A DNA stretch of 62,955 nt, the filler included, from Octopus bimaculoides (taxonomy: Eukaryota), in assembly GCF_001194135.2 (NCBI RefSeq). It is 4 parts of 4 records of this genome, joined end to end, with 100 filler letters (N's around TTAATTAATTAA, not from the genome) between each part and the next. Parts side by side here need not be neighbours in the genome. Positions count along the whole stretch, not along the records: positions 1 to 31,019 come from NC_068987.1; 3 more parts are not named here. One strand, given 5' to 3'. How positions within the stretch are numbered: the first letter of the stretch is position 1; every line of letters begins with the position of its first letter. The translations under genes and the position numbers were made by a program. Positions 13,215-24,960 of this stretch are shown here, one piece after another. A model generated the notes under the pieces. That model was not told the origin of the DNA and did no database searches. It worked only from the letters and a program-made list of their open reading frames with translations.

Positions 13215-13328
13215 CTGCAGCGCTCCTTAGGTTTTTCTAAGCGCTGTAGAAGAACTGGGAAGTTTTGGCCTCCAACGAGGCATTTCGCGACATCCTTACA
13301 GCCAAGAACTTTTCCGCACGTCCTCGTA
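13215..13328 (+). mobile_element. Right end of a different mariner-like element
   Basis: Ends AACTTTTCCGCACGTCCTCGTA followed by TA. The reverse complement TACGAGGACGTGCGGAAAAGTT is a TACGAGG-type mariner TIR, unlike the left TIR at 12588. Confidence 0.5.
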
Positions 13329-13378
13329 TAAATACATTATATACATCTATGTGTGTGTGTTAGTATTTATGTACGTAT

Positions 13379-13419
<41 letters not shown>

Positions 13420-14184
13420 NNNNNNNNNNNNNNNNNNNNNNNNNNNNNNNNNNNNNNNNNNNNNNNNNNNNNNNNNNNNNNNNNNNNNNNNNNNNNNNNN
13501 NNNNNNNNNNNNNNNNNNNNNNNNNNNNNNNNNNNNNNNNNNNNNNNNNNNNNNNNNNNNNNNNNNNNNNNNNNNNNNNNNNNNNNNNNNNNNNNNNNNN
13601 NNNNNNNNNNNNNNNNNNNNNNNNNNNNNNNNNNNNNNNNNNNNNNNNNNNNNNNNNNNNNNNNNNNNNNNNNNNNNNNNNNNNNNNNNNNNNNNNNNNN
13701 NNNNNNNNNNNNNNNNNNNNNNNNNNNNNNNNNNNNNNNNNNNNNNNNNNNNNNNNNNNNNNNNNNNNNNNNNNNNNNNNNNNNNNNNNNNNNNNNNNNN
13801 NNNNNNNNNNNNNNNNNNNNNNNNNNNNNNNNNNNNNNNNNNNNNNNNNNNNNNNNNNNNNNNNNNNNNNNNNNNNNNNNNNNNNNNNNNNNNNNNNNNN
13901 NNNNNNNNNNNNNNNNNNNNNNNNNNNNNNNNNNNNNNNNNNNNNNNNNNNNNNNNNNNNNNNNNNNNNNNNNNNNNNNNNNNNNNNNNNNNNNNNNNNN
14001 NNNNNNNNNNNNNNNNNNNNNNNNNNNNNNNNNNNNNNNNNNNNNNNNNNNNNNNNNNNNNNNNNNNNNNNNNNNNNNNNNNNNNNNNNNNNNNNNNNNN
14101 NNNNNNNNNNNNNNNNNNATTCATTCATACACACATCTATGCAAGCATAGATACATTTGCACACAATCGCTTATATATATATAT

Positions 14185-14230
<46 letters not shown>

Positions 14231-15280
14231 TATATATACTTTTATGTGTATATATGATTTTTGTGTGCTAAAGCTAATATTTTTTTTAATGCAACATGTA
14301 TATAATGATGTGCATATATAGACATACAAAGATAAAGCATACTCGCGCATTTATACATGTGGTTTTCTCTCTCTTTTTCTGCTTCTTTCCCCTTCCCTCT
14401 GTCTGTGTAAATATATATATATATATATACATATTTGTGTAAATGTATGAAAAAAAAGCAAGAGAGAGCGCGAGAGCGAGCGAGTGAGCGGCAGACAATT
14501 TCCGAGTAACATATATCTTGAGATACATGTTTGTGGGTGTGTGTTTTTATGTGTGTGTGTGTGGGGGGTGTATGTGACTGTGCGTGTGAGTGTGTGTGTG
14601 TGTGTAGACTGAGTATATGTGCATTGGCGAAGTTTTAATTTTACATTTAACATATGATTAGATATTATACGGTGTCGCACTTCTGTATAACCTATTCGTG
14701 TGTCTCTGTATGTGTATGCAGTTGTGTCACTCCACGTCATATCTACTAGTTTATGTTTACATACATATATCACTTATATATATATTTATATATACCATTA
14801 TATCATACGAATCGAAGTGATTTTTTTTCTTTCTGTAGCAAAGAAAAATTGTGAATATATAAATAAATATTTACGTAACAAAGACTAGGGCTTCTATTGG
14901 ATGGTTTCAAAATTAAATATATTTATTTGTATGCTGTATTCAGTAGTTCAGTTTGCATATATATGCGTATAGTGAAAAAGCAATAAAATTAGCAAGTCAA
15001 TGTGATAACCACCTTTAATATCACCACCAGCAGTAAAAGGTGAACCACAATCTGCTGCTTGTCGATTAATTCATCATAACAATCCAATATTCCAAATTTT
15101 GTTTGGAAGAGCAACCAAGTTTTTGGAGTACAATGAAATGATAATCTTTGGGACGGGAGTATGGTGTGGCGTTGTGTTAGAGTGTTTAGACTAGCAGATC
15201 GACTGCAGTACTTATTCTGTAAATGTTGTACTTTTTTCATCGATGTCTTAACCTGAACCCCTCATGTTACCCGGCAGTAA

Positions 15281-15328
<48 letters not shown>

Positions 15329-15825
15329 TCTCTCTCCCTATCTGTCTGTCTGTCAATCTGTCTGTTTTCCATGATCAGCAAAGATCCTCGGAGGTCAGGT
15401 GTTTCGTATTAATCTCAGAGCATAGAAATAAAACACAAAGAATAAGACATTCTTCTGACAAACAACACGAGGGTGGATTCGGTTTCGAATCTCAGATTGA
15501 CAAGGCTAAGCGATCTTCCATATATATATGCGCGTGTGTGTGTGTATTAAAGTTAGTTTTTATAAGTTGTACATTAAATTGGAGGATAACTCAATAGACC
15601 TGGAAACTTCGAAGTCACTTCTAATACTTTTCTTCTCTTTGAAGAATAGAATTAGCAATAGCTTCGTAGTTTCGAACATCTAATCCACTGTCGTTTTATA
15701 ATTCATTGAAATTCATTTAGGTTATATATAGACTCTGTTTCGTAAAACTTTTCTTGGGCTGACCGGATTATTAATACCGATACAGATGTACATAGATTCA
15801 TGTGTTTATTATTATAATATTATTC

Positions 15826-15876
<51 letters not shown>

Positions 15877-16810
15877 GAAAAGAATAATAATAAAAAGAAA
15901 AAAAATTAAAGAAATTAAGCGTATACGGTATATCCTGAAAAAGAAGAGACATATAAATAGCATGCAAACGATGATGGAGATGTGGCCCTCCCTCTAGGGA
16001 TAATCGAGGAAACCCACGGCCTGAGATTTCCCGGAACACTCAGGAGCAAGTGCCCTCTACAATTCCTTCTCTTCGACTTACAGGTCTACACTTAGAGAGG
16101 TTCCATCAACACCTGCCATTTTCGCAACTTGCACCCACCTTTCAGTAACCTCTCCTGAGGACTGGCACTTCCCTATCCACTCTCAGTTTACGTTTCAAGT
16201 GAAACATGAAGAGGTCAATGAGAGGTCTACCAAAGAGTAATGGATCTGTCCTTAGGCTTTTCAGGCCTTGTCCAACAAGCAACGTCTTTCGCCACAGCCA
16301 CCAAGCAAAAAGAAACAGCTTTGCCTGCCCGACTAAAGGAGGGTGGTGGTGTGATCCTAACTACTGACTCGGACGACGGACAGAACCGTCTCACACGTGA
16401 CAGCAGCTGTTCAACATAATCCCGTAACATCAGCTGTTCGTCAAGCCTAAAATACCCGGACTCTGAACAAGGAGTATGTAGAAATCTTTCGTCACTTAGC
16501 CCGTCTGACAACACATCCATGCTGTAGTGTTTATCTCGAACCAGTAGCGCACCCCCCGCCCCTTAGCACTGCCAGGCCAATGACATCATGAAGTTGTCCA
16601 TGATAGTTCCCAACCGGAAAGTCCTACGGAAAATCAAGCCTGTTCGTTCTCACAAACGACCAGTGTTCCCTGAGAACATCGTCGCACTTCGCCGCCACTG
16701 ATCCTCTATAACTTTCTAAGGTGGAACATCCACCGATCTCATTGACCGACTGGTAGAGCACTGTGAGCACCTGATGGCATATTATGTGCCAGGGCCCTGT
16801 CTCATAAGTA
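15826..16810 (-). mobile_element. Tx1/L1-like LINE 3' fragment with 3' UTR and (ATT)n tail
   Basis: ORF 16227-16520 (DYVEQLLSRV...ESVVRITPPPSFSRAGKAV..LVAVAK), then FHLKRKLRV...ERWVQVAKM. This is the region after the L1-type Cys knuckle. A paralogous relic lies at 40490-41390. Confidence 0.75.
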
Positions 16811-16811
16811 A

Positions 16812-17270
16812 TAGAGAATGAGAGAGCTATATGTATTTTTGAGTCTTAGAATCTGACGGAGTATTAACTATAGAAATGAAAACGAAAATTGAGAAGGAGT
16901 ACATCAGAAGGGTAGGAAATCTAATGAACCCATAGCTAAATGGTCCGAATCTACTGAAGGCTAAAAATACTTGGGCAGTATCATTACTTAGATACCCAGC
17001 AGTTTTTGTAGACTGGACAAAAACTGAATTAGCAAAGTTAGACCGAAGAACAAGGGAGGAATTCAATACGAATGGGGGACTCCAATCACGGGCCGGAGTG
17101 GCAGAATTAATACTTACGTAGAAAGGAAGGTGGAAGAGGGCCAATATAGGTAGAAGACTGCGTGGAGTTAGCAAGAGTACATATAGACTCGTATGCTGGT
17201 AATAGTGAAGATAGTTTATTAAGACCTGCTGGAGTCACAGCAAAACATAGGGAAACAAACAAAAACATTA
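16812..17270 (+). mobile_element. R4/Dong-like RT C-terminal fragment
   Basis: EMKTKIEKEYIRRV...LNGPNLLKAKNTWAVSLLRY...DWTKTELAKLDRRTR, then GGRG and VEDCVEL. Same motifs as 42517-42900. Confidence 0.85.
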
Positions 17271-17423
17271 TTAGGATATTATTTTTGTGTTATGCATCTC
17301 TGTGTGTGTGGGTGCGTGTGCATTCATGACTGTACGTTTGAAAACCAGTGGATGTATTCCACTGAATTTAGGTAAATAATCCTTCGTACAGACGGTCAGT
17401 AGCGACGCCTGCTGGGTTCGGCT

Positions 17424-17470
17424 GCTCTACATTGATAAGAGGCAATACCTCGAAACTAGTTTGTAGATGC
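17424..17470 (+). ncRNA. Minimal type I hammerhead ribozyme, U3:A8 core variant
   Basis: Stem I TCTACA 17426-31 / TGTAGA 17462-67. Core TTGATAA 17432-38. Stem II GAGG-CAATA-CCTC 17439-51. GAAA 17452-55. Palindromic stem III ACTAGT 17455-60. Predicted cleavage triplet GUU 17459-61. Confidence 0.75.
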
Positions 17471-18247
17471 CAGATTAGCAAGGGCAAGCGGTTGACCTCC
17501 CCTGTTCGAAGGTTATAATGGACACAGATTCGTGTGTCACATAGCTAGCTAGAGGCAATGGCCTCTTGGAGCTAATCAACGGCAGCATTTGTCCTATTTT
17601 TTGGACTTGGCGATAACTATTAATATATATATGTATATATATATATATATATNNNNNNNNNNNNNNNNNNNNNNNNNNNNNNNNNNNNNNNNNNNNNNNN
17701 NNNNNNNNNNNNNNNNNNNNNNNNNNNNNNNNNNNNNNNNNNNNNNNNNNNNNNNNNNNNNNNNNNNNNNNNNNNNNNNNNNNNNNNNNNNNNNNNNNNN
17801 NNNNNNNNNNNNNNNNNNNNNNNNNNNNNNNNNNNNNNNNNNNNNNNNNNNNNNNNNNNNNNNNNNNNNNNNNNNNNNNNNNNNNNNNNNNNNNNNNNNN
17901 NNNNNNNNNNNNNNNNNNNNNNNNNNNNNNNNNNNNNNNNNNNNNNNNNNNNNNNNNNNNNNNNNNNNNNNNNNNNNNNNNNNNNNNNNNNNNNNNNNNN
18001 NNNNNNNNNNNNNNNNNNNNNNNNNNNNNNNNNNNNNNNNNNNNNNNNNNNNNNNNNNNNNNNNNNNNNNNNNNNNNNNNNNNNNNNNNNNNNNNNNNNN
18101 NNNNNNNNNNNNNNNNNNNNNNNNNNNNNNNNNNNNNNNNNNNNNNNNNNNNNNNNNNNNNNNNNNNNNNNNNNNNNNNNNNNNNNNNNNNNNNNNNNNN
18201 NNNNNNNNNNNNNNNNNNNNNNNNNNNNNNNNNNNNNNNNNNNNNNN

Positions 18248-18288
<41 letters not shown>

Positions 18289-18934
18289 GTGTATGTGTCT
18301 GTATATGTGTGTGAGTGTGTCTGTTTACGTGTGTGTGCGTGAGTATGTATGTGTGCCAGTGATAGAGACATGAACAGATAATGAAGAAGGGGAAGTTATC
18401 GAAGAATATGACTTTATATTTAGCTATAGCGTAATAGACGCAATTAATTGTTAATTTCCGCATGAAGTTTAACTCTTTATTGATTAACAACTAAATGTTT
18501 CTGGCAGAGACCTTCAATGAAAGAACTGCTTTTAATCAAATCGTGCGTGCACACACCTACCCGCGCACATTGACTCACACACACCCATTCGCAAGCAAAC
18601 ACACAGTCACACGCACATATAGTCTCTTGCATTGATGCATTATCCGTAATATATGCGCATATATTATACACATCCATGCTTACGGTTTAAGTCTCCCCAT
18701 TACATTCGCACATTCTGTTTACCTATGATCTGTTCATGTTTATCAGTTTATCTATAAATTCTTATACTATATGTAACGCAACTTGGAACAATACACACAC
18801 ACGAACAGTCACGAATGCACACACACACACACACAGGGCGCATAACACAAAAATAATATCCTAATAATATATATTTATTTATATATGTGTGTGTGTGTAT
18901 TTTTGTATGTCTGTATGCATGTATAAATATCTAC

Positions 18935-18965
<31 letters not shown>

Positions 18966-20029
18966 NNNNNNNNNNNNNNNNNNNNNNNNNNNNNNNNNNN
19001 NNNNNNNNNNNNNNNNNNNNNNNNNNNNNNNNNNNNNNNNNNNNNNNNNNNNNNNNNNNNNNNNNNNNNNNNNNNNNNNNNNNNNNNNNNNNNNNNNNNN
19101 NNNNNNNNNNNNNNNNNNNNNNNNNNNNNNNNNNNNNNNNNNNNNNNNNNNNNNNNNNNNNNNNNNNNNNNNNNNNNNNNNNNNNNNNNNNNNNNNNNNN
19201 NNNNNNNNNNNNNNNNNNNNNNNNNNNNNNNNNNNNNNNNNNNNNNNNNNNNNNNNNNNNNNNNNNNNNNNNNNNNNNNNNNNNNNNNNNNNNNNNNNNN
19301 NNNNNNNNNNNNNNNNNNNNNNNNNNNNNNNNNNNNNNNNNNNNNNNNNNNNNNNNNNNNNNNNNNNNNNNNNNNNNNNNNNNNNNNNNNNNNNNNNNNN
19401 NNNNNNNNNNNNNNNNNNNNNNNNNNNNNNNNNNNNNNNNNNNNNNNNNNNNNNNNNNNNNNNNNNNNNNNNNNNNNNNNNNNNNNNNNNNNNNNNNNNN
19501 NNNNNNNNNNNNNNNNNNNNNNNNNNNNNNNNNNNNNNNNNNNNNNNNNNNNNNNNNNNNNNNNNNNNNNNNNNNNNNNNNNNNNNNNNNNNNNNNNNNN
19601 NNNNNNNNNNNNNNNNNNNNNNNNNNNNNNNNNNNNNNNNNNNNNNNNNNNNNNNNNNNNNNNNNNNNNNNNNNNNNNNNNNNNNNNNNNNNNNNNNNNN
19701 NNNNNNNNNNNNNNNNNNNNNNNNNNNNNNNNNNNNNNNNNNNNNNNNNNNNNNNNNNNNNNNNNNNNNNNNNNNNNNNNNNNNNNNNNNNNNNNNNNNN
19801 NNNNNNNNNNNNNNNNNNNNNNNNNNNNNNNNNNNNNNNNNNNNNNNNNNNNNNNNNNNNNNNNNNNNNNNNNNNNNNNNNNNNNNNNNNNNNNNNNNNN
19901 NNNNNNNNNNNNNAAACCTGGCAAACTTATATCTTCTTTTCCAGTGAAATTCTTCACTGATAATGAAAAGGTGAAAACAAGCAATGTTAATTCTCTAAAT
20001 GAAGTATTAACAGTAACTGCACGATAAAG

Positions 20030-20253
20030 TGTAGTATATTGCCACTTAAGTGTGGCTGACCCCTAGGGGTGGATGTTACTGTTGCTTTTAGCCCCAGGAG
20101 GACATCTCCTCCAGCTGGCTTATCGACACACGACTGTGTCCTGTTTGCCAAGGGAAGTTATCCCTCTCACCTCGATCTGCAGCACGAACGTATCCGGATT
20201 TCAGGGTTATTTCCCTTCAGGGGTCAGCCACACTTAAGTGGCAATATACTACA
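20030..20253. mobile_element. 224-bp MITE with 35-bp perfect terminal inverted repeats
   Basis: TGTAGTATATTGCCACTTAAGTGTGGCTGACCCCT at 20030-20064 and its exact reverse complement at 20219-20253. No coding capacity. Confidence 0.85.
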
Positions 20254-20259
20254 TATAGT

Positions 20260-23118
20260 TATGTTCTGTTAGGAACATGGTAGAGTACAGTAAAAAAGCG
20301 TCCACCTTCATAATTACCCTCTGCTATCCGGTAGTATTATTATATACTTCCAAGTTTATGTTTGATTATTCGTGGTGTGTGAATATACACTTGGAGAAAT
20401 GCAGTCAACAAGAAGGATTACGGTTGGGCATTTATTTCTTAATCACCACAGTTGTTTCCAGCCAACGTGGTTATCCACCTATACAGGTATTTGATTATGC
20501 AACTGGTTCTTTGCATAATGAGATCCAGTTTTCTATCCTCAGGTGATATTCAAGTTCTACCTCCTTTAGTTTAAAATCTCCGACTTCAAGGTCATTCCAT
20601 CCGTCCGTCCGTCCGTCCGTCTCGGTCTGAATTTCGTAGCAGTCGGTTGATTTGTGTTGTTTAGTGGCAGAGTGTGTTTGTTGGACTGCTATGCGACTTC
20701 GTCCGTGGCTTCCTTATTACTTTCTTTAAAACTCTCTTAAAAGTGTCCATGAACCATTCAACACTTCCATTTTATCTTGGGTGATACGGTACTAAAGTTT
20801 TACGTTCTAACGTGAACATCTCGCAGAAACTTTTAAACTGACAGGATACAAATTGTATTTCGTTATCAGAGACAATTATATCCGGCAAACCAAATCTTGC
20901 GAAACGCTCTTGTAAGAAGTTTATTACCGTATATGAGGCTGGACATTTAGCCCTCGTGACCTCAGGTCATTTTGTGTAGCTTTCCACGACTATTAAGTAA
21001 TGATGTCCATTGACCGGGCCTGCAAAATCTATATGCAACGGGACTATGTTATTTTCACTTCCTGCCAAGGTTCATATTTTGCAGTATGTAATTTCACTAC
21101 CAGTGCACATCCTCTGCAACCTTTTAGCAGGTTTTCAGCTGCTTTGTCCACGCTTGGCCAGTATATGAAAGTTCGCATCGAAACTTTCATTGTAGAGGAG
21201 TTTATGAAACACTTTTAGCATTCTCTTCTGAAATGTCTGCGGTATGACCACCATCTGAGCGCACATAAGCACTCCATCACACATAGAGTACACGTTCACA
21301 TCTTGGCAGTTCTTTACATCAGACATTTCTTCTCTTTTTTTGGCGAACACAGTCATCTCATTAATATTTTTTTCAGTTCTCGCATTTCTTTCTATTTCTT
21401 CCGTTCACGCACCATGTTCCACATGACTTATTTTTGTTTCATTTCATCGACCTCGTTGTATCGTTTGACTGCTTCATTTACGCTACTGCACGAAGCGCTT
21501 ATTGGTGTATCCCATAATTCAATTTCTCCATACATTCAGTGCCAAATAAATTTATGGATTGTTTCAATATATAAACATTCTGTTTTTTGGGTTCGGACTT
21601 TGAACATTATATTAACAAACGCGATCGCCCGTAAAATATAATTTTCGTTTCGTAACGCGGCACGCTATTTTGCTTGAACTACATAATTTTGATTTACCCA
21701 TTTGTTACCCTGTCTTTTTTTTCCATTTATGTTTGTGATATCACTTCCTGTGTCTAATTGCATTGTGACTCTAGTGTTTTCAATTCTCACATTCACAAAT
21801 TTTCTGTTTGTTGTGGTCTCAACTTTTCCTGCCGAAAAACAATTTATTTTTCCGTGTTTATTCCATTTTCCTATCATTCTAGTTTTGCAGTGCAATTTTA
21901 TATTATGTCCTTTAATCGAAAACACTTTGCTTTTTTATACGGACAATCTTTTTTCAGGTGCATCCCACCATACATGGGTCACATCCCGATATTTCTTTTT
22001 GTTTTTCCTACAACACTGTTTTATACTGGTCTTCCGTTGAATTTCTTCTGTGCCATGCGTTAATTTTAATATCCTGTCACGCCCTTCTGAGAGTTTCTCC
22101 AATGTCAAATCTTAGTTCATTCCCAGTTTTCATAGAATATCCATTCGTATTTCTGCATCCCTTCTATCAGTCAATCCTTGTGCAAAAATCAAGCACTTGA
22201 AAGAATCTGGAGTAAGCATATTTAGTTTAAATCTCTTACATTCGTTGTTGACTCTGCCTGTGTAAGTAGTGAAGACTTCATCTTCGCTCTTTTCTATGCT
22301 TAAGCATTTCCATCTAGTACTAAATAGTGATCACTTTTTACTAATCATTTTGCACAAAATGTCAACTGTGTCAGTGAAATTTATGTAGGACGCATCATTT
22401 GGCAATATGAAATTACTAAAATTTTCATGCTCTGCTGTCGCTAGTGTTCTTAACAGTAGACACGTTTTCATTTCGTCCGTCCAATCCTGACGTTCTCTTT
22501 CAAACATTTGCTGAAATTGTCCAAGGTAAGCCGGAAGATTACTCTTCTTTGGGGTCATATTTGAATTTGGTTATGGAATCCTTGTTGTTGTTCTCGTTAT
22601 TCCTTGAGTTGGTGTTTACCTTCTTGTAACACAGCTATCCCAGCTAAGAAGTTATCCATGTTTTACGATTATCGTAAGTTTGCAAACCAAGATTTTTGTT
22701 TCTTTTTTGTCGAGGTATGTAATTTTCCACGTCAATTAGTTTGAAATCTCTGTGTGAATGTTTTTCTTTTCACTCCGCGTAAATTTGATTTTCCTCGTCG
22801 CCACTGTCGTAAAACAGTCCACTGCCACTGCTGTATCGGTCTTTTCGGGACAGTTACCGCTCTGACAGATATTGTTATATCCTGGAGTCGTCGATAGAAT
22901 GGTACGATCTGGCACTGTACAATCCTCAGTCATACATATTATTATCCTCAAATGGTTGGATCGTTATAACGTTCATTCAGCATCAGTATAATTACTGCAT
23001 CAGAAACAGACACACCTATCAAGACGGTCTACACGTATTCTGGACCTTCCAGACCATTCTCTGGCCTTCCTTTCTTGACCAGCTACAGGTCTGTTTATAA
23101 TGTCTGGCTACTACGACT
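20260..23118 (-). mobile_element. Gypsy (Mag-like) LTR retrotransposon relic: LTR, PBS, gag, protease and integrase; RT and RNase H absent
   Basis: gag: WTDEMKTCLLLRTL..EHENFSNFILP. Protease: MQLDTGSDIT. Integrase: FIYWPSVDK..CRGC, LHIDFAGP, PDIIVSDN, PYHP. Numerous stops. The left boundary is uncertain and no second LTR was seen. Confidence 0.9.
22792..23118 (-). repeat. 5' LTR (~313 bp, 22805-23118) and primer binding site of the Gypsy relic
   Basis: Plus-strand TGTCGTA at 22805 and TACGAC(t) at 23112-18 form terminal inverted ends. The adjacent TCCTCGTCGCCA (22792-22803) reads TGGCGACGAGGA on the minus strand, a typical Gypsy PBS. Confidence 0.7.
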
Positions 23119-23293
23119 TTTTACCGGTTGTTTTTAGAAAATAACTTGCCAGCGCTCCTTGCATTTTATACGTTGTAATCACATTCAGTTAAAATGGCTT
23201 ATTGAAGTGTTTTGTTCCTCTTTTTCCCTGACGATTGTTTTACATCATTTTATTCCCGTCGGGAATAATACCTGCATTTAACTCCAATTCTTA

Positions 23294-24330
<1,037 letters not shown>

Positions 24331-24799
24331 TGTATGCGTATGTGTTTATATGAATTTATATGTAGTGAAGGAGAGATAGAGGGAAAGAGAGATGTATACG
24401 AAGAAAATTTCGTTGGTTTAAGAATGATTATGTTAAAAGAATCTTAAAATATTTAAAAGCCCTCTGCCACCCACACCACAGATTTCTATATTAAAGAGAA
24501 AACTCGGTGTATAAAGATATGTTATCTCCATATCATCAGTTTATGTCGTTGTCCCTTTATATGTCTGCATACATAGAACATAGACACGCAAATATATAAA
24601 TACATGGATGCATATATATGTATACAAGTATATGTATAGGTGTATTTAAGCATGCGTGTATATTTGTATCTACTCCATAGCTACTTTAAGAATTTATGAA
24701 TAACTATAGAAAATTCCGTTATGGGATGATTTTATTACAGTCGGCGGATTCAAGAATTATCATAGGGCTTCACATTTCTCCTGATGACTCATGCATCTC

Positions 24800-24960
24800 A
24801 GACGCAGGAGTGGCTGTGTGGTAAGTAGTTTGTTCACCAACCACATGGGTCCGGGTTCTCATCCCACTCCGTGGAACCTTGCGGAAATGTCATCTACTTT
24901 AGCTTCGGGCCGACCAAAGCCCTGTGAGGAAATTTGGCAGACGGAAACTGACAGAAGCAT
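24800..24960 (+). mobile_element. SINE family C (CORE-like, resembling octopus OR-type SINEs), 5' half
   Basis: GGAGTGGCTGTGTGGTAAG head, GGTTC B-box region, GGGCCGACCAAAGCC..GACGGAAACTGA body, running into (TA)n and a gap. Confidence 0.8.
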
